Assembly: GCA_043228905.1 (NCBI GenBank)
Contig: JBHGNT010000018.1
Span: forward strand, 4,960,001-5,024,000
Origin: Azolla caroliniana
Lineage: Eukaryota; Plantae; Polypodiophyta
Direction of reading: 5' to 3'
Length of the DNA: 64,000 nt
The notes beneath the pieces were generated by a model that saw nothing but the letters and a program-made list of their open reading frames with translations, was not told the origin of the DNA and made no database searches. The first letter of the stretch is position 1; the number at the start of each line of letters is the position of its first letter. Below, in pieces: positions 24,089 to 36,000 of this stretch. Made by a program: the position numbers and the translations under genes.

Positions 24089-24570
24089 CTCTTAAAGAAA
24101 AGGTTCAACCAGGCAGGATGTTGGAGAAACATTAATATATTAGCTTTTCTATGGCTATGTGTGAATATTACTACCAGAAAATTTACCATATACCACCAAC
24201 TTTTGTATGGCTATCCAAGGCCTTAGGAAATTAATGCATTTTGGCGGAGAATTTCATTACCCAATCTCAGAGACTTTGTTCTCATTATGACAAACTACGA
24301 ACTAATATTGGAAGCATTGTATATGCTCAAACTTATTGTTTAAAATGCAAGGTTGTACATGTTTACATGTGCATTGCGTGACTGTCATCTTAAACAAGGT
24401 TAATTTAGACAACATTCACATGAAAATACTAGAATTTGAATTACCACAATTCTATGTACTCATCGTTCATGTATGGCTCAAGTCCAGACACCATGTTGCT
24501 TATTGAGGTGTCACTCAGCCACTGTCATTCTTGAATATAATCTAAATAAAAATGACACACCAGGCTGTTA

Positions 24571-25022
24571 AATGTACAAATAGGTAGAACTTCACTGGAG
24601 AACATTTGTAGGATTTGTACACTTGAGACATCTGTAGAATCAAATGACAATTGAAATGATGGCTGGCAATGTAATGTGCCATTTGTATGTTTGAAGGGTA
24701 TTGTTTTTATATTGAGCTTTGAAGGTTTTATGGAGGGGATGGTTTGTGAACCAAATGGAAAAATGCTTGGTTATTAGTCTATTTTTCTTGTTAGTCACCA
24801 AGGTTATTGCATTCTTTAGAAAAGAATAACGAATAACATAATTCAATGTACAAATAGGTAGAACTTCATTGGAGAAAATTTGTATGGTTTGTACACTTGA
24901 GATATCTAAAAACTGAAATGACATTGGAAATGATGGTTGGGTATGTAAGGGGCAAGTGTATGTTCGAAGGATATTGTTTTTATTTTGAGCTTTTGAAGGT
25001 CAAGCAAGGAGGGGATGGTTTT
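24571..25022. repeat. Direct duplication, ~180-bp copies about 274 bp apart
   Basis: aatgtacaaataggtagaacttca...tgtacacttgaga...ggaggggatggttt starts at 24571 and 24845. Confidence 0.9.
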
Positions 25023-27759
25023 CTTAATCATTCCTCAAGTTATTGTTTGCATACTGTCGAAAAAGAGTAACTAAAATAGGCTAAAGCTTAATATGAAGAT
25101 GAGAGATGGTCAAAAATGTTTCCTGAAATAATATGCAATGCTATAAGATACATTGTAAATATTGGCAGGCTTGATCATTAGGTTAATTATGACAAGGATC
25201 ATGCATGCATTTTTTATTCTTTCAATTTCCTATACATTTTCTCCATATTAAACTTCGATTAATCACAATAAATATTTTTTATTTCTTTATTTCTTAGGAA
25301 GGTTGTTAAATGTATAAGCCTAGTGTGGTGGGTTAGCTATTTTTGATTGTTTGCCATTGTCAATGGTCTAGGTATTGGCAATTGTAATTAGATTCGCCCT
25401 CTTAATGGGATAAGTTAGTTTTTGCTTGTTTTATGGTTTCTCTACAAGGCATATGGTTTCCATTATCACAAAGTCCTTGCCATACTAACTCATAAGCAGT
25501 TACTAATAAATGCACACATGGTGAAAGTATATCAATTATTTGGCCAATGGAAACCTTAAACTCTTCAAAAATCTCATAAAGATCACTCAAGTCTCAATCT
25601 AGTTTTGGTGGAATTGGGAATCGACTAATAGTGACATGTACTAGCGACATATGTGTTTGAATATGAAGATAAATAATTATTCCTCACACAATGTTCAAAT
25701 TTACATAGACAATGACGCAAATATTGGCATAATAATAGTTGTATCAAGCTGAACATGTCTAATCCTCAAATCAAATCACATGAAGGAACAATGAAGATGG
25801 TGAGAGTACGCAATCTTGACATTTTGTTTATGACCTATGTTTGAAAAGCTTTTGTGAGGGTTGAATTTTAATTGTAAAAACTAAGGTTGAATGTTTTTCT
25901 AGAAGTAATTCTTGTTTAAAAGGTAAGTTTCAATAAGCTAGGACTCTTTGCCTTTTGTCAAGTATTTACTTTTTTCTTCCAAAACTAAAAGAACGAAAAC
26001 AAAATTTCAAAACTCTCTTCGATCACTATCTATCTCAACATAACTCATTAATACATTAGCAATGCATCACATCGTACCTTGCACGAAATGTTTTGTTGCA
26101 TGCCACATTTGTTTGTCAGTTTCACTTGCCCCTAGAAATTACTATACCCATAGGAAAGAACTCCTCAGGAAGAAATAATGCATTGGATTGCATTACATTG
26201 CTTTATCAAAATGACTACAATTGAGCCTTCCAATTATACTTTAAAATCTACCTACAAATGACGTAACATTTGTATTCTTATGCCAAGCAACCATGTCAGG
26301 AATCTCAAATAAAGTTCAAAGTTGTTTCCACACCTTGATTGGAATCCATGAAGGTCCAATACTTTTTTTTTTTTGCTAGTATACTTACGTCCGAATTTAA
26401 TGGAACGAACTTCACTATTGTGTCATCGTCCAATAGGGCCATGCATTCATATTTTCTGTAATTCCTCTTAATTCAAACTCTGGATTGGAGAGTCATACAT
26501 TGTGAACAACAAGCCAATATTTACAATTTAGTGATTTCATAACAATATAGACTTGTCAAAACTCCTCATTTTTAAAGCCATAGAAAACACCCCAAGGTCG
26601 GGCCTAAAAGATGTATTGTAAAGGTTTACAATATAAGGACTTTGAACATGTCAAAAGATCCATGGGAATGCTAACATGTACCTCCATATTTTAACTAATG
26701 GAGAGAGAGAAATACAACAAAAGTAGTAGTGGACATTTTGTCATATTATATTGGAGGTGTCTTCTTATTGTCAATTTTCTAAATTCAAAATTTCCAAGAC
26801 GTCCTCGTCTTGTTTTCTGGACATGACGAGCCCAAACGACATAACATTGGTAGGGGCAACAATAATATGTGATGGTGTTTTTTAGTATTCTTTTCCTTGC
26901 GTCCGAGCATTCCTTCTTTCATTCTTTCTCACATTGTCTTCCTTCATGTCCCAATTCTTCTTTGTTCGTCCTTTGTGGTCCTTATTAATTGGTCGTCGTC
27001 ATTGCCGATTGTGTCTTTGTTTCTTTGTCATCCTTCATCTTTGTTTCTTCTAATTCTTCTGGATGCTTTATTTTGTCCCCATTAATCTATGTTCTTCGGC
27101 TCCTCATTTCCCGTCACCAATGTGGGGATCATAGCCTAGTTCCTATCCCGGTGAGTTCTCACTAGATCATCATCTCGAGTCTCCTCATTGTAGCCATTGT
27201 CGCCATCGGACTTGTTGGCACCTTTCCGCCATCAAGTAATATTCCATTGTCATGGTCATCGCCATCTCGTCACATGGTTGCCAAATCAAGTAGGGGGATG
27301 GGGCACGGGCCTCCACACCATGTGAAGAACCAACAAGAGAGAGAGAGATAGAGAATTAAAATGATGCAGCATTTTGATAGACCACCACACATTGTCATGC
27401 CTTTTAATACACACCTTAAACGATCTATGCATGTTTAATATTATTCATTCCCATTTTTACCAAAAACAAAGCATTGATAAGGGTTTCCAGATGTTCAACA
27501 CCGACAATGGACTTGAACGTTTTACACTTGATAATGGTCTCGGACGTTGGACACCTCGATGCGACACACACACACACGCACACAACATCAAAACTATGTC
27601 GAGACACTAGACAAACTTCTCCATCCAATTTCAGTATGATTAGCGATATCATGTCTAGATTAGGGTACCATCCTATACTGCATAGAGATTACAATGACAA
27701 TCCTAATAATAGCATGGCATCAAGATTATAGCGACAGTTCGTAGAGAAACAATGCCATG

Positions 27760-28110
27760 TTCGAGACCACGATGGTAGACCTATAGTTTCAGTGCATCAA
27801 TGAGACTAAGGACATTCAGATCCAATTACACCATTGTTGTCGAGACAAATGACGTAGGATGCAATCCACGGTTTTCGAGACTAAGGACATAATTGATAGG
27901 ATCCAACCCACGGGTTGTCGAGACAAATGACATTAGGATTTAATCCACAAGGTTGTTCGAGACCAATGAATGACATTAGGATCCGATCTCTACGTGGTGG
28001 GTTGTCGAGATTAATGACATTAGGAGGATCCAATCTACAGTTGCTCTTGAGACTTTAATGACATAGGATCCAACCCACAGTTGTCGAGATTAATGAGAAG
28101 AGGATCCAAT
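27760..28110. repeat. Minisatellite, ~38-48 bp unit, about 8 copies (cgagac.aatgacattaggatccaacccacgg.tgt)
   Basis: Repeated gagac...gacattaggatcc units. Confidence 0.85.
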
Positions 28111-28554
28111 TGATTTGTTTGGCTCTTCGGGGTTCTTGGCAATGGAGCTAACCTAATTGTCGAATCGAATGGGTGCATGTATGTAGATTGAACTTAATAA
28201 GTAGAGATGGATTCCTCCTGATCATTCAAGCTCAGAATTGAAATTTCAAAAAGGGGAAAAAAAAAACCTGAAAGCTTGAAGATGTGCTTACCCCACCAAA
28301 AATGTCTTGTTGTTATGATGTGTTGTATAAGTAAAAGGATTATATAAACAGTAACGAAGGAGTTGCTTTCCCACATAGTTGGATTTTGATCTTTCTTCTT
28401 TTAATTTTGTGTTACATCAGGCAGGTGCACAGTCTTGACAGAGGTAATGCCTAAATGAGAGAGAGAGACAGAGACAGAGACAGAGCGAGAAGATGAGCTC
28501 TGCCGGAATCGAACTCACGACCCCATCAAGGTTCATTAACTTCATTCATTCCAA

Positions 28555-29060
28555 ACTTAACCATGGTTAACTAATTTTACTGACAAGGGGGATTCTCATT
28601 AACCATGGTTAACTTAAACCGGCTTTACCATTGATTCATAATTAATTAAACGATCGATATATTTATTACGATTATTATTATTATTATTTATTAATTATGT
28701 ATGTGAGACACACAACAAACCATGGTTAATAATAAAAAAACGGCCGCTCTTAATTTAACCCATGGGTTAAGTTAAAAGCCGTTATTCCTTATTGTTAATC
28801 ACCCCTGATTAACCATGGTTATTGTTAGAGCCACTCTTCGATCAACCATGGTTAAATAATTATTATCAATTTGGCCAGAATTATTGACCATGGCTAAAAT
28901 ATTATATCAATTGGCCATAAAATTAATATTTTTCACTCGGGGCTAAATAGTTATCAATAGGTCAGAATCATAAAGCATGGGGTTTTTTTTTTGATTAATC
29001 AAAGTATTGACATGAATTAATCAGTCGGTTTTTATTTTATTTTATTTTAATTAACCATGT
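28555..29060. repeat. AT-rich region with recurring palindromic AACCATGGTT motifs (probable TE subterminal array)
   Basis: About six aaccatggtt-type palindromes plus degenerate variants. Confidence 0.6.
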
Positions 29061-31329
29061 TTAGCTAAGAGCTCCGCTATTTCTATCGATCTCGTCTGTT
29101 TTTCCTAAATGAGGGAACGAGTTTTCCTAATGGCGGGGGCCCGTCCGCATCATACATTGCCTCTGTCAAGACTAGGCACCTGTCTGCATGCTCAAATTAA
29201 TTCGAAATATCAGGCCGGAGGAGGAGGAGAATGCAGGAGCAGCAGCAGCAGAAGAAGAAGAAGGAAGAAGAAGAAGAAGAATATGGCAGTGTTAATTGAA
29301 GAACTAAGGGTTTGCGGTGTTCTAGGGTAATTAAGGGGAGGATTAGTGCTAATCACGGAGGGATTAGGAGGCTAATGAGGAACGAGAGATGCAAATGGAG
29401 GAGTTTTAGGGGTGGGATTGGAGTTTGGGAGAGAGGAAGAGGGGGGGGGGGGGGGGGGGGGTTTAATTAAGGAAGTCCTGCAAATAAAATAAAATAGGCA
29501 TTTCAAAGAAATAAATTAGTTTTCCTTTATTCGTTTTAAAAAGGAAGGAAAAAAAAGAAAAAAAAGAAAAAATTGGAAAAAATAATAATAAATAAAAATG
29601 GAAGGAACAAAAGAAGAAGAAGAAGAAGAAGTCCGCGCGTGAAACACGTGACGAAAAAGGCCACACCATTTAATGCTGTTCTCCGAATTTATTCCAAGCA
29701 AAAAAAAACAAAAAAAAAAGAAGAAAAAAGGAAAAAAAACAAAAGAAAAATATTTATACGAAAAGAAAGAAACAAAAAAAAAGAAAGAAATAAAGAAACG
29801 AGGAGCATACATATTATTATTATTATTATTATTTTAAGTAAACGAAAAAACAATTTGGGGAGCTGGAAATTTTTGTGTGTGCCACATGATGCCACGTGCG
29901 CACGTGACGGGGCCTCACGTGAGGGGGGGGCATGCCACGTCACCACCCAAACGTTGTCCTCGTTCCTAAGTTCATGCCCCCCCCCCCCCCCCCTCTCCCC
30001 CCTTTCAAAATAAAAAAGAGCTGCCCACAAGGCCCTTGCCTTGCCCACTCTTTTCACACACACACACACACACACACATTGTCCTGTGTCTCCATCTTCC
30101 ATCTGTCACCATCAAAAGTATCTATGTGTGTGTGTGTGTGTGTGTGTCTCTCTCTCTCTCTCTCCATGAATTGCCTGGCCCTGCCCGATGTGTCCACATT
30201 GCATTTCGCTGAGGACCCCCCCCCTTTTCTCTGTTTTGTATCCACCTTTTGTACTTTGCTCGCCAAACTGCAGATGGTGCTATATGCTGCCGAGTCGCCG
30301 TCGATTCATTACCCCCCCACTAACGACATTTATATCGCCTCTCACGCGAAAGTGCACCTCTCAAGCTCCCCTGCCCTTTAAAAGCTCGTCCCTCGGCCTA
30401 AAAACACACAAAGGTGCGCCTCGTCTATCTGGTGTAAGGCGAGCCCTCGTTTGTCCAATGTCCTTACACGCCGCTTGAATTCTCGAATGTTCACACAACA
30501 ATGTCATACAATCACCTTTGACGAATGCACACTCCAAGCTGTTGTATTCGCTCATCGTACTCAACACGTCGGTGGAGTTGTTTGAACCGATGGGCTAACC
30601 AAACACAAAAAAATCATAGAATGTAACAAAAGTCTACGTCAGCATATACTATCATTATATTACTTTTCTATTACATCCCCTCCCACCCTCCCCCAAGTTA
30701 ATGTGTAGTGTCTTCTTGTAACTTTATATTATTCCATGCATGAAAGGAAAACATGATTGCTTAACAAATAAATGTTTTTGTACGAATTGGGGTCACAATC
30801 ATCCTTTGATATCCTTCCTTCCATTGATGACCAACATGGCCAACTCTCCTTAAACAACGTGGTCATTGGCCAAACATATTCAAGCTCATGACATATTGGA
30901 GAAATGGTTCAATTTAGTTGCTCTAACTTGATAGAGAGATATTGCAAGGGATTTAGTTCAAGAAAACAAAACGTATCATCTCATCCAACATGCTTTAAAT
31001 AGTGGTTATACCTCTAAGGATTGCTTTATTTTAAAAGTTATGAATATACAAATCACGGACTATTGACTTGACATAAGCTTAATCCACGTGCTCGATGAAA
31101 CGTGAAACAACCATTCTCTACATTTGACACAACTCATGGCGAGTAGAGTGCTTTTGTTTAAACGGCCTAATAAATGAAACATGCACTCTTTACACCTCCT
31201 TTTGGCAACCTTTTTGTATTTAAAAACGGCCTATACTTTTTAAAGTGCCTATAAATCATTACACAAATGGGATTTTACGGCTGTCAAGAGATGCACATAA
31301 AGAGAACTATACCCCTTTCTTTTTATTAG

Positions 31330-31650
31330 TGTGCAATTGTCATATGATCATGAAACCAACTATCTTTGACTACTCTCCAGAACAAACTATAGCTATTTCT
31401 AATGCAAAATGTGCCTCGACAAGATAACATATATGATAACGAAACCAACATATTTGATCACAAACCAAGAATGAACTATAATAACTATTCTATTACAAAG
31501 TGTGCCTTTCTAACATTGTATGATTGAGAAAACTAACCATCTTTGATTGCAAATAAAATAAACGACAATTATGTCCACTACATAGTGCGCCTTTGTAGGA
31601 TATCATATGATCAAGAAACCAACCATCTTTGATTACAAGCTAGAAACAAT
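31330..31650. repeat. Degenerate ~88-bp tandem repeat, 4 copies
   Basis: tatgat..gaaaccaac..tctttga motif near 31343, 31432, 31519 and 31607. Confidence 0.75.
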
Positions 31651-32099
31651 TACCTCCTTTGATTTTTTTTAGCTCACTTTTTTGCATGTGCTCTCATGAT
31701 TTGAATTGCAATTGTTCTCTCTTGACTCTCTCAAGTTTCTCAAATTTTCTCTACATGTCACATCCAAAAAATAACGTCTTCGTAACAATGGCGGTTGTAG
31801 TCTTACAAAAACCGCTTCAAGCATTGATATACATTGCAATGTACTCTAAACACGTTTCTTTGTACTTGTAATGGCTATTGCCAACCCATCAATTACTAAC
31901 AATGTGTGGATCAATCACCTAGGATGATCTAGGTCATTAGCCCATTAATACCTAGGATGATATTTTTCTCAAAAGAAGCATTTTCAAAACTATAAAGTTT
32001 ACTTCTATTTTTTTTTTTTCTGAACAACATATCCATCCATTAGTTTTAAAAAGGCATATCAGCTACAAAATCAAAATAAATGGAAAGGAATTGACAATC

Positions 32100-33024
32100 C
32101 TTCACAAGCCCGTCTTGTGTAAGACAATGGGTAACCATGGATCCTTCGTTTTATGAATTTGATTGAGCACTTCCTCAAATTTCCCATTCTCAGCATATCC
32201 TACACTCAATGCATTCCAAGATACCTGTTCTTGGACCCGAAAACTTGTTAAATACTACAAGTGCCTCGGCAAGTGATCCATATTTCGCATACATATCTAC
32301 TAATGTATTACCAATGAAATAATCTCTTTCAACAACTTTTTGTACAAAGTCCTTTTGAATTTCATTGCTTGCTAATGTAGCTCTAATGCTACCACATGCT
32401 TTCAAGTAGCAAACAAGTATGAAACAAGTCTTTGCATATGCTCAAAGAGTGAGAGTACTGTCTCACTATATCCATGTTCCACATATCCCTAATACCACAG
32501 TAAGCAAGTCCTTGAGATTCCCACACATTGTTTGGGTCAAAGAAGAATTAATTGTTGTCTTCAAAAAGATTGTATAATTCAAGAAGAATGCCAAAATACA
32601 TGGACCCAACACAACAAGTTGAAACCCTGTTTCAGACACTTGGGGAAAATTATGGTTCTCTTTAAATCTCCATTTAAAATTGTCTGTATTACACCACATA
32701 AGAGTAGTTGATCCATGCAATTATAATGCTCAATACTTGGTTGAATTAGATCCTTCATCAAATTACTACATGATTGCAAGTTGACAAAGTACTAGTAAAT
32801 GCGACATCAACTAGATTTAGTCCCTATTGTTCCATCTCTTTCAGGCAATGCTTGCTACTGTGTGCATACTATGTAGAGCGACGTCCATGAAACCACCTCA
32901 TGAAATGGTAGTATATTGAACATTCAGTGAGACTCTTCCAACTTTCCACATGTTGCATACATGTTAATGAGCAAATTGCCTATGAAAACATCTGAATCAA
33001 ATCCATTTCCTATAACTTGATCAT
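32100..33024 (-). pseudogene. PLS-class pentatricopeptide repeat (PPR) gene debris, 3' side
   Basis: Motifs KACGSIRA, ERDYFIGNTLVDMYAKYGSLAEA, PSIEHYNCM and GFDSDVFIGNLLINMYATCGKLEE. Frames broken. Confidence 0.85.
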
Positions 33025-36000
33025 TGTAGAAACAAATAGCGTGCGGAAGCAATAGAAAACAGAAAACAGAAAACAGGTTTAATGGAGAGCTTAATAGTAC
33101 GTGGGAGAGACAAAGAGAGAGAGCACACAAAAACTCAATTAAAAAATACTACTAAGTCTGTACATACAACGTGCTCAACAACACTATTTATAGAAGTCCT
33201 CATGGGACTCATAGAAGTACAACATACTTCAATGCTCACACGAGCGTCTGACACTAACTACGAGACAACAACTACCTAGTAATCTAAGCTATTACTCGGC
33301 TTCTGGTTACTGCTGGATATGGCTAACCGGCTCCCCAGCTCACCGGCTCATCCTTCCGGATGCCGATCCGACTAAGGCTTATTCAGCCGATCTGGATCCG
33401 GTTGAGCTTGCTGCTCAACACTCCCCCTCAAGCTCAAGTTGAGGTCGGGTCGAACTGTCAGTCTCCATGGCAGCCGGTCCTTCCACCCGGCTCCTTCTGG
33501 CGTCACTCCGCCTTGCTCGCGCTCCTCGTCCGGTCCGGTCCCGTTTGCCACGACCCTTTTGTTTCTGTGCATCTCGACCTCCTCGGTCAACTTGTCTGCT
33601 CAATAGGCCCAAATCAGCTCCCTCGCTGCTGTGACTTCGGCGCTTGTCGACCCGCCGATTCCTTCGTGTTGGCATCGACTTTTGCTGCCATCTCGTCCTC
33701 TTGGCCTTGAATTGATCCGGTTCTTCTGAATCCGTTTGTTGAACCGAATCAACTATCTCCGATTCGTTCCAGCTCTTGTCCGAATCGGTTGCTCCCGATT
33801 CGTCTTCCGGTTCCAGGCCCTTCACCACATTAGACCATGTCCGGGTCTTGGCCTTCTTCTTCCGATTGGCTCTGTCCTTCTTGACTCTACCGCCGTTGCC
33901 GCTTGTTCCGACTTGTTCGGATGTGTCAACTTCCTTTGTTGACTTGGCTCCTTTCTTCTTCTTGTCTCCCCATTTGTCAGTTCTTCCCTCACTAGCGCAA
34001 TCGGCAGTTTCTTTGCCTTTGCCCGTTCTGGTGTATTTGCCCGTTCTCCCCCTCAACTGTAGCATGTCGAGGTGCTGAACACCAAGCATTTCGGTGAAGT
34101 GCTGCAATTTGTCCAATCCGAGCGGTTTGGTGAAGATGTCGGCAACTTGCTGATCCGTATGAAGATACCGAAGTTCGACTTCACCGCTCAAGACATGCTC
34201 ACGCACGAAGTGGTAGTGCACTTCTATGTGCATTGTGCGAGCATGGAATACAGGGTTCTTGGCGAGCTTCATACTGCTTATGTTGTCGTAGTAGATCAGG
34301 ATCGGGGTCGGAACCTCAATCCGCAGGTCTTGTAGCAGTCGCCGAAGCCAAATGGCTTCATAGGTGGCAATGGTAGCGCCCCGTTATTCAGCCTTAGTGC
34401 TCGAGAGGGCCACTGTTGGATGCTTTTTGCTGCTCCACGCATCATCCGCGCTACCAAGGGAAAACATATATCCGGAGGTGGATCGGCGATCTGATGCATC
34501 GTCGGCCCAGTCGACATCTGTGTAACCGACTAGCTCTTTGGTTATACCTCGCCGGTATAACAATCCCCGGTCCTTCGTGCTGCTCACATATCGCAGTATT
34601 CGATGTGCGCACAGAAGGTGCTCTACGGTCGGCTTCTACATATATTGGCTGATCATGCCGACCGGATAGCTGATGTCGGGTCGGGTGATTGTCAAATATA
34701 TGAGGCTTCCGATGATTTGTTGGAACTGCTTCTCATCGTAGGCCGCTCTAGAGTCGGGATGGTGCTTCAGGTTTCGGTCCAAGGGTGTGGAGATCGGTCG
34801 GCATTCCGTCATGCCGAACTTGTACAACATATTCAACACATAGTGTCTCTGTGAGAGCAATATGCCGTCGGGGGTTCAGATCACCTCGATCCCGAGGAAA
34901 TAGTGAAGGTCCCCCAGGTCCTTCATCTCAAATGTGTCCGAAAGCTGGGACTTGACTCGGCTGATTTCATCGAGTCTAGGTCCGGTGATGACTAGATCAT
35001 CAACATACAACAGGATGCAAACTGGACCGTTCGGACCTTGCCGGATGAACAACGAAGAGTCGGATTTGGAGGCCGCAAACCCCATCTTACGCAACCGGTG
35101 CGTGATCTTCGTATTCCAAGCTCGGGGGGCTTGCTTCAGGCCATAAAGTGACTTCTTCAGCCGGCATACCGCCGACTTGTTTATCTCCGATTGAAAACCA
35201 GGGGGTTGGATCATGTAGACCCGCTCTTCAAGATCGCCTTGAAGAAAGGCATTCTTCACATCCATTTGATGAAGATGCCACCCCCTTGTTGCAGCAACTG
35301 CCAGTACTACACGAACCGTCGTCATCTTTTCCACCGGAGCGAAGGTCTCATCGTAGTTGATTCCGTGAGTCTACGCGTATCCCTTCGCCATTAACCGGGC
35401 CTTGTACCGGTTAACTGAACCATCGGCATTGTACTTTACCTTGTACACCCACTTGCATCTGATCGGTTTACATTGTCGGGGAGGGTCAACTAGGTCCCAT
35501 GTGTCATTGGCATCAAGTGCCCACGTTTCTTCTTCCATAGTGGCATGCCAATGTGCGTCCTTTGCCGCTTCTGCGTGGCTTTCCGGCTCACGCACCTCCG
35601 CCACCTTGGTCATGTACGCATAGTGATGCGCCATGTACTCATTTTATCTGTACCTCTTCACGGGTTCCTTCTGGCGCGAAGACCGGCGTAACTCATCGTT
35701 ACCCGGTTTTGGGCCCTTCTTGGCCGGTTCGGTCTTCGTTCCCGAAGATCCGCCATGATCTTGCTTTCCGGAGTCGGAACCGCTCCGATCCAACTCGTCA
35801 TTGCCGGTTTCGTATCTCGACATCTTCTTCTTCCCCTTCTCTTTGCGCGTGAACCGTCTCCTCGGTTCCTTGCGCGGGGAGTGCACGGCAAAGTCTCCAC
35901 TACTCTCCAGTTCATCATCCGACTAGTTTGGCAGACCCGGTCGCTCGTTTGGCTTGCTCAACCGAAACGAGTCTGGACTCTCTTCTTGAGTCTCAGACCC

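Noticed and set aside
27760-28110. Repeat array as a CRISPR
   Set aside because: Eukaryotic context, degenerate tandem units without unique spacers, and no cas genes.
28495-28530. tRNA gene
   Set aside because: Only a B-box/T-arm-like piece is present, with no A-box or cloverleaf. A similar weak remnant near 1950-2010 was also rejected.
29463-30567. Long K-rich/F-rich ORFs and a possible minus-strand exon at 30361-30595
   Set aside because: Mostly microsatellite or homopolymer-derived. The exon-like block has no recognisable homology or partner exons.
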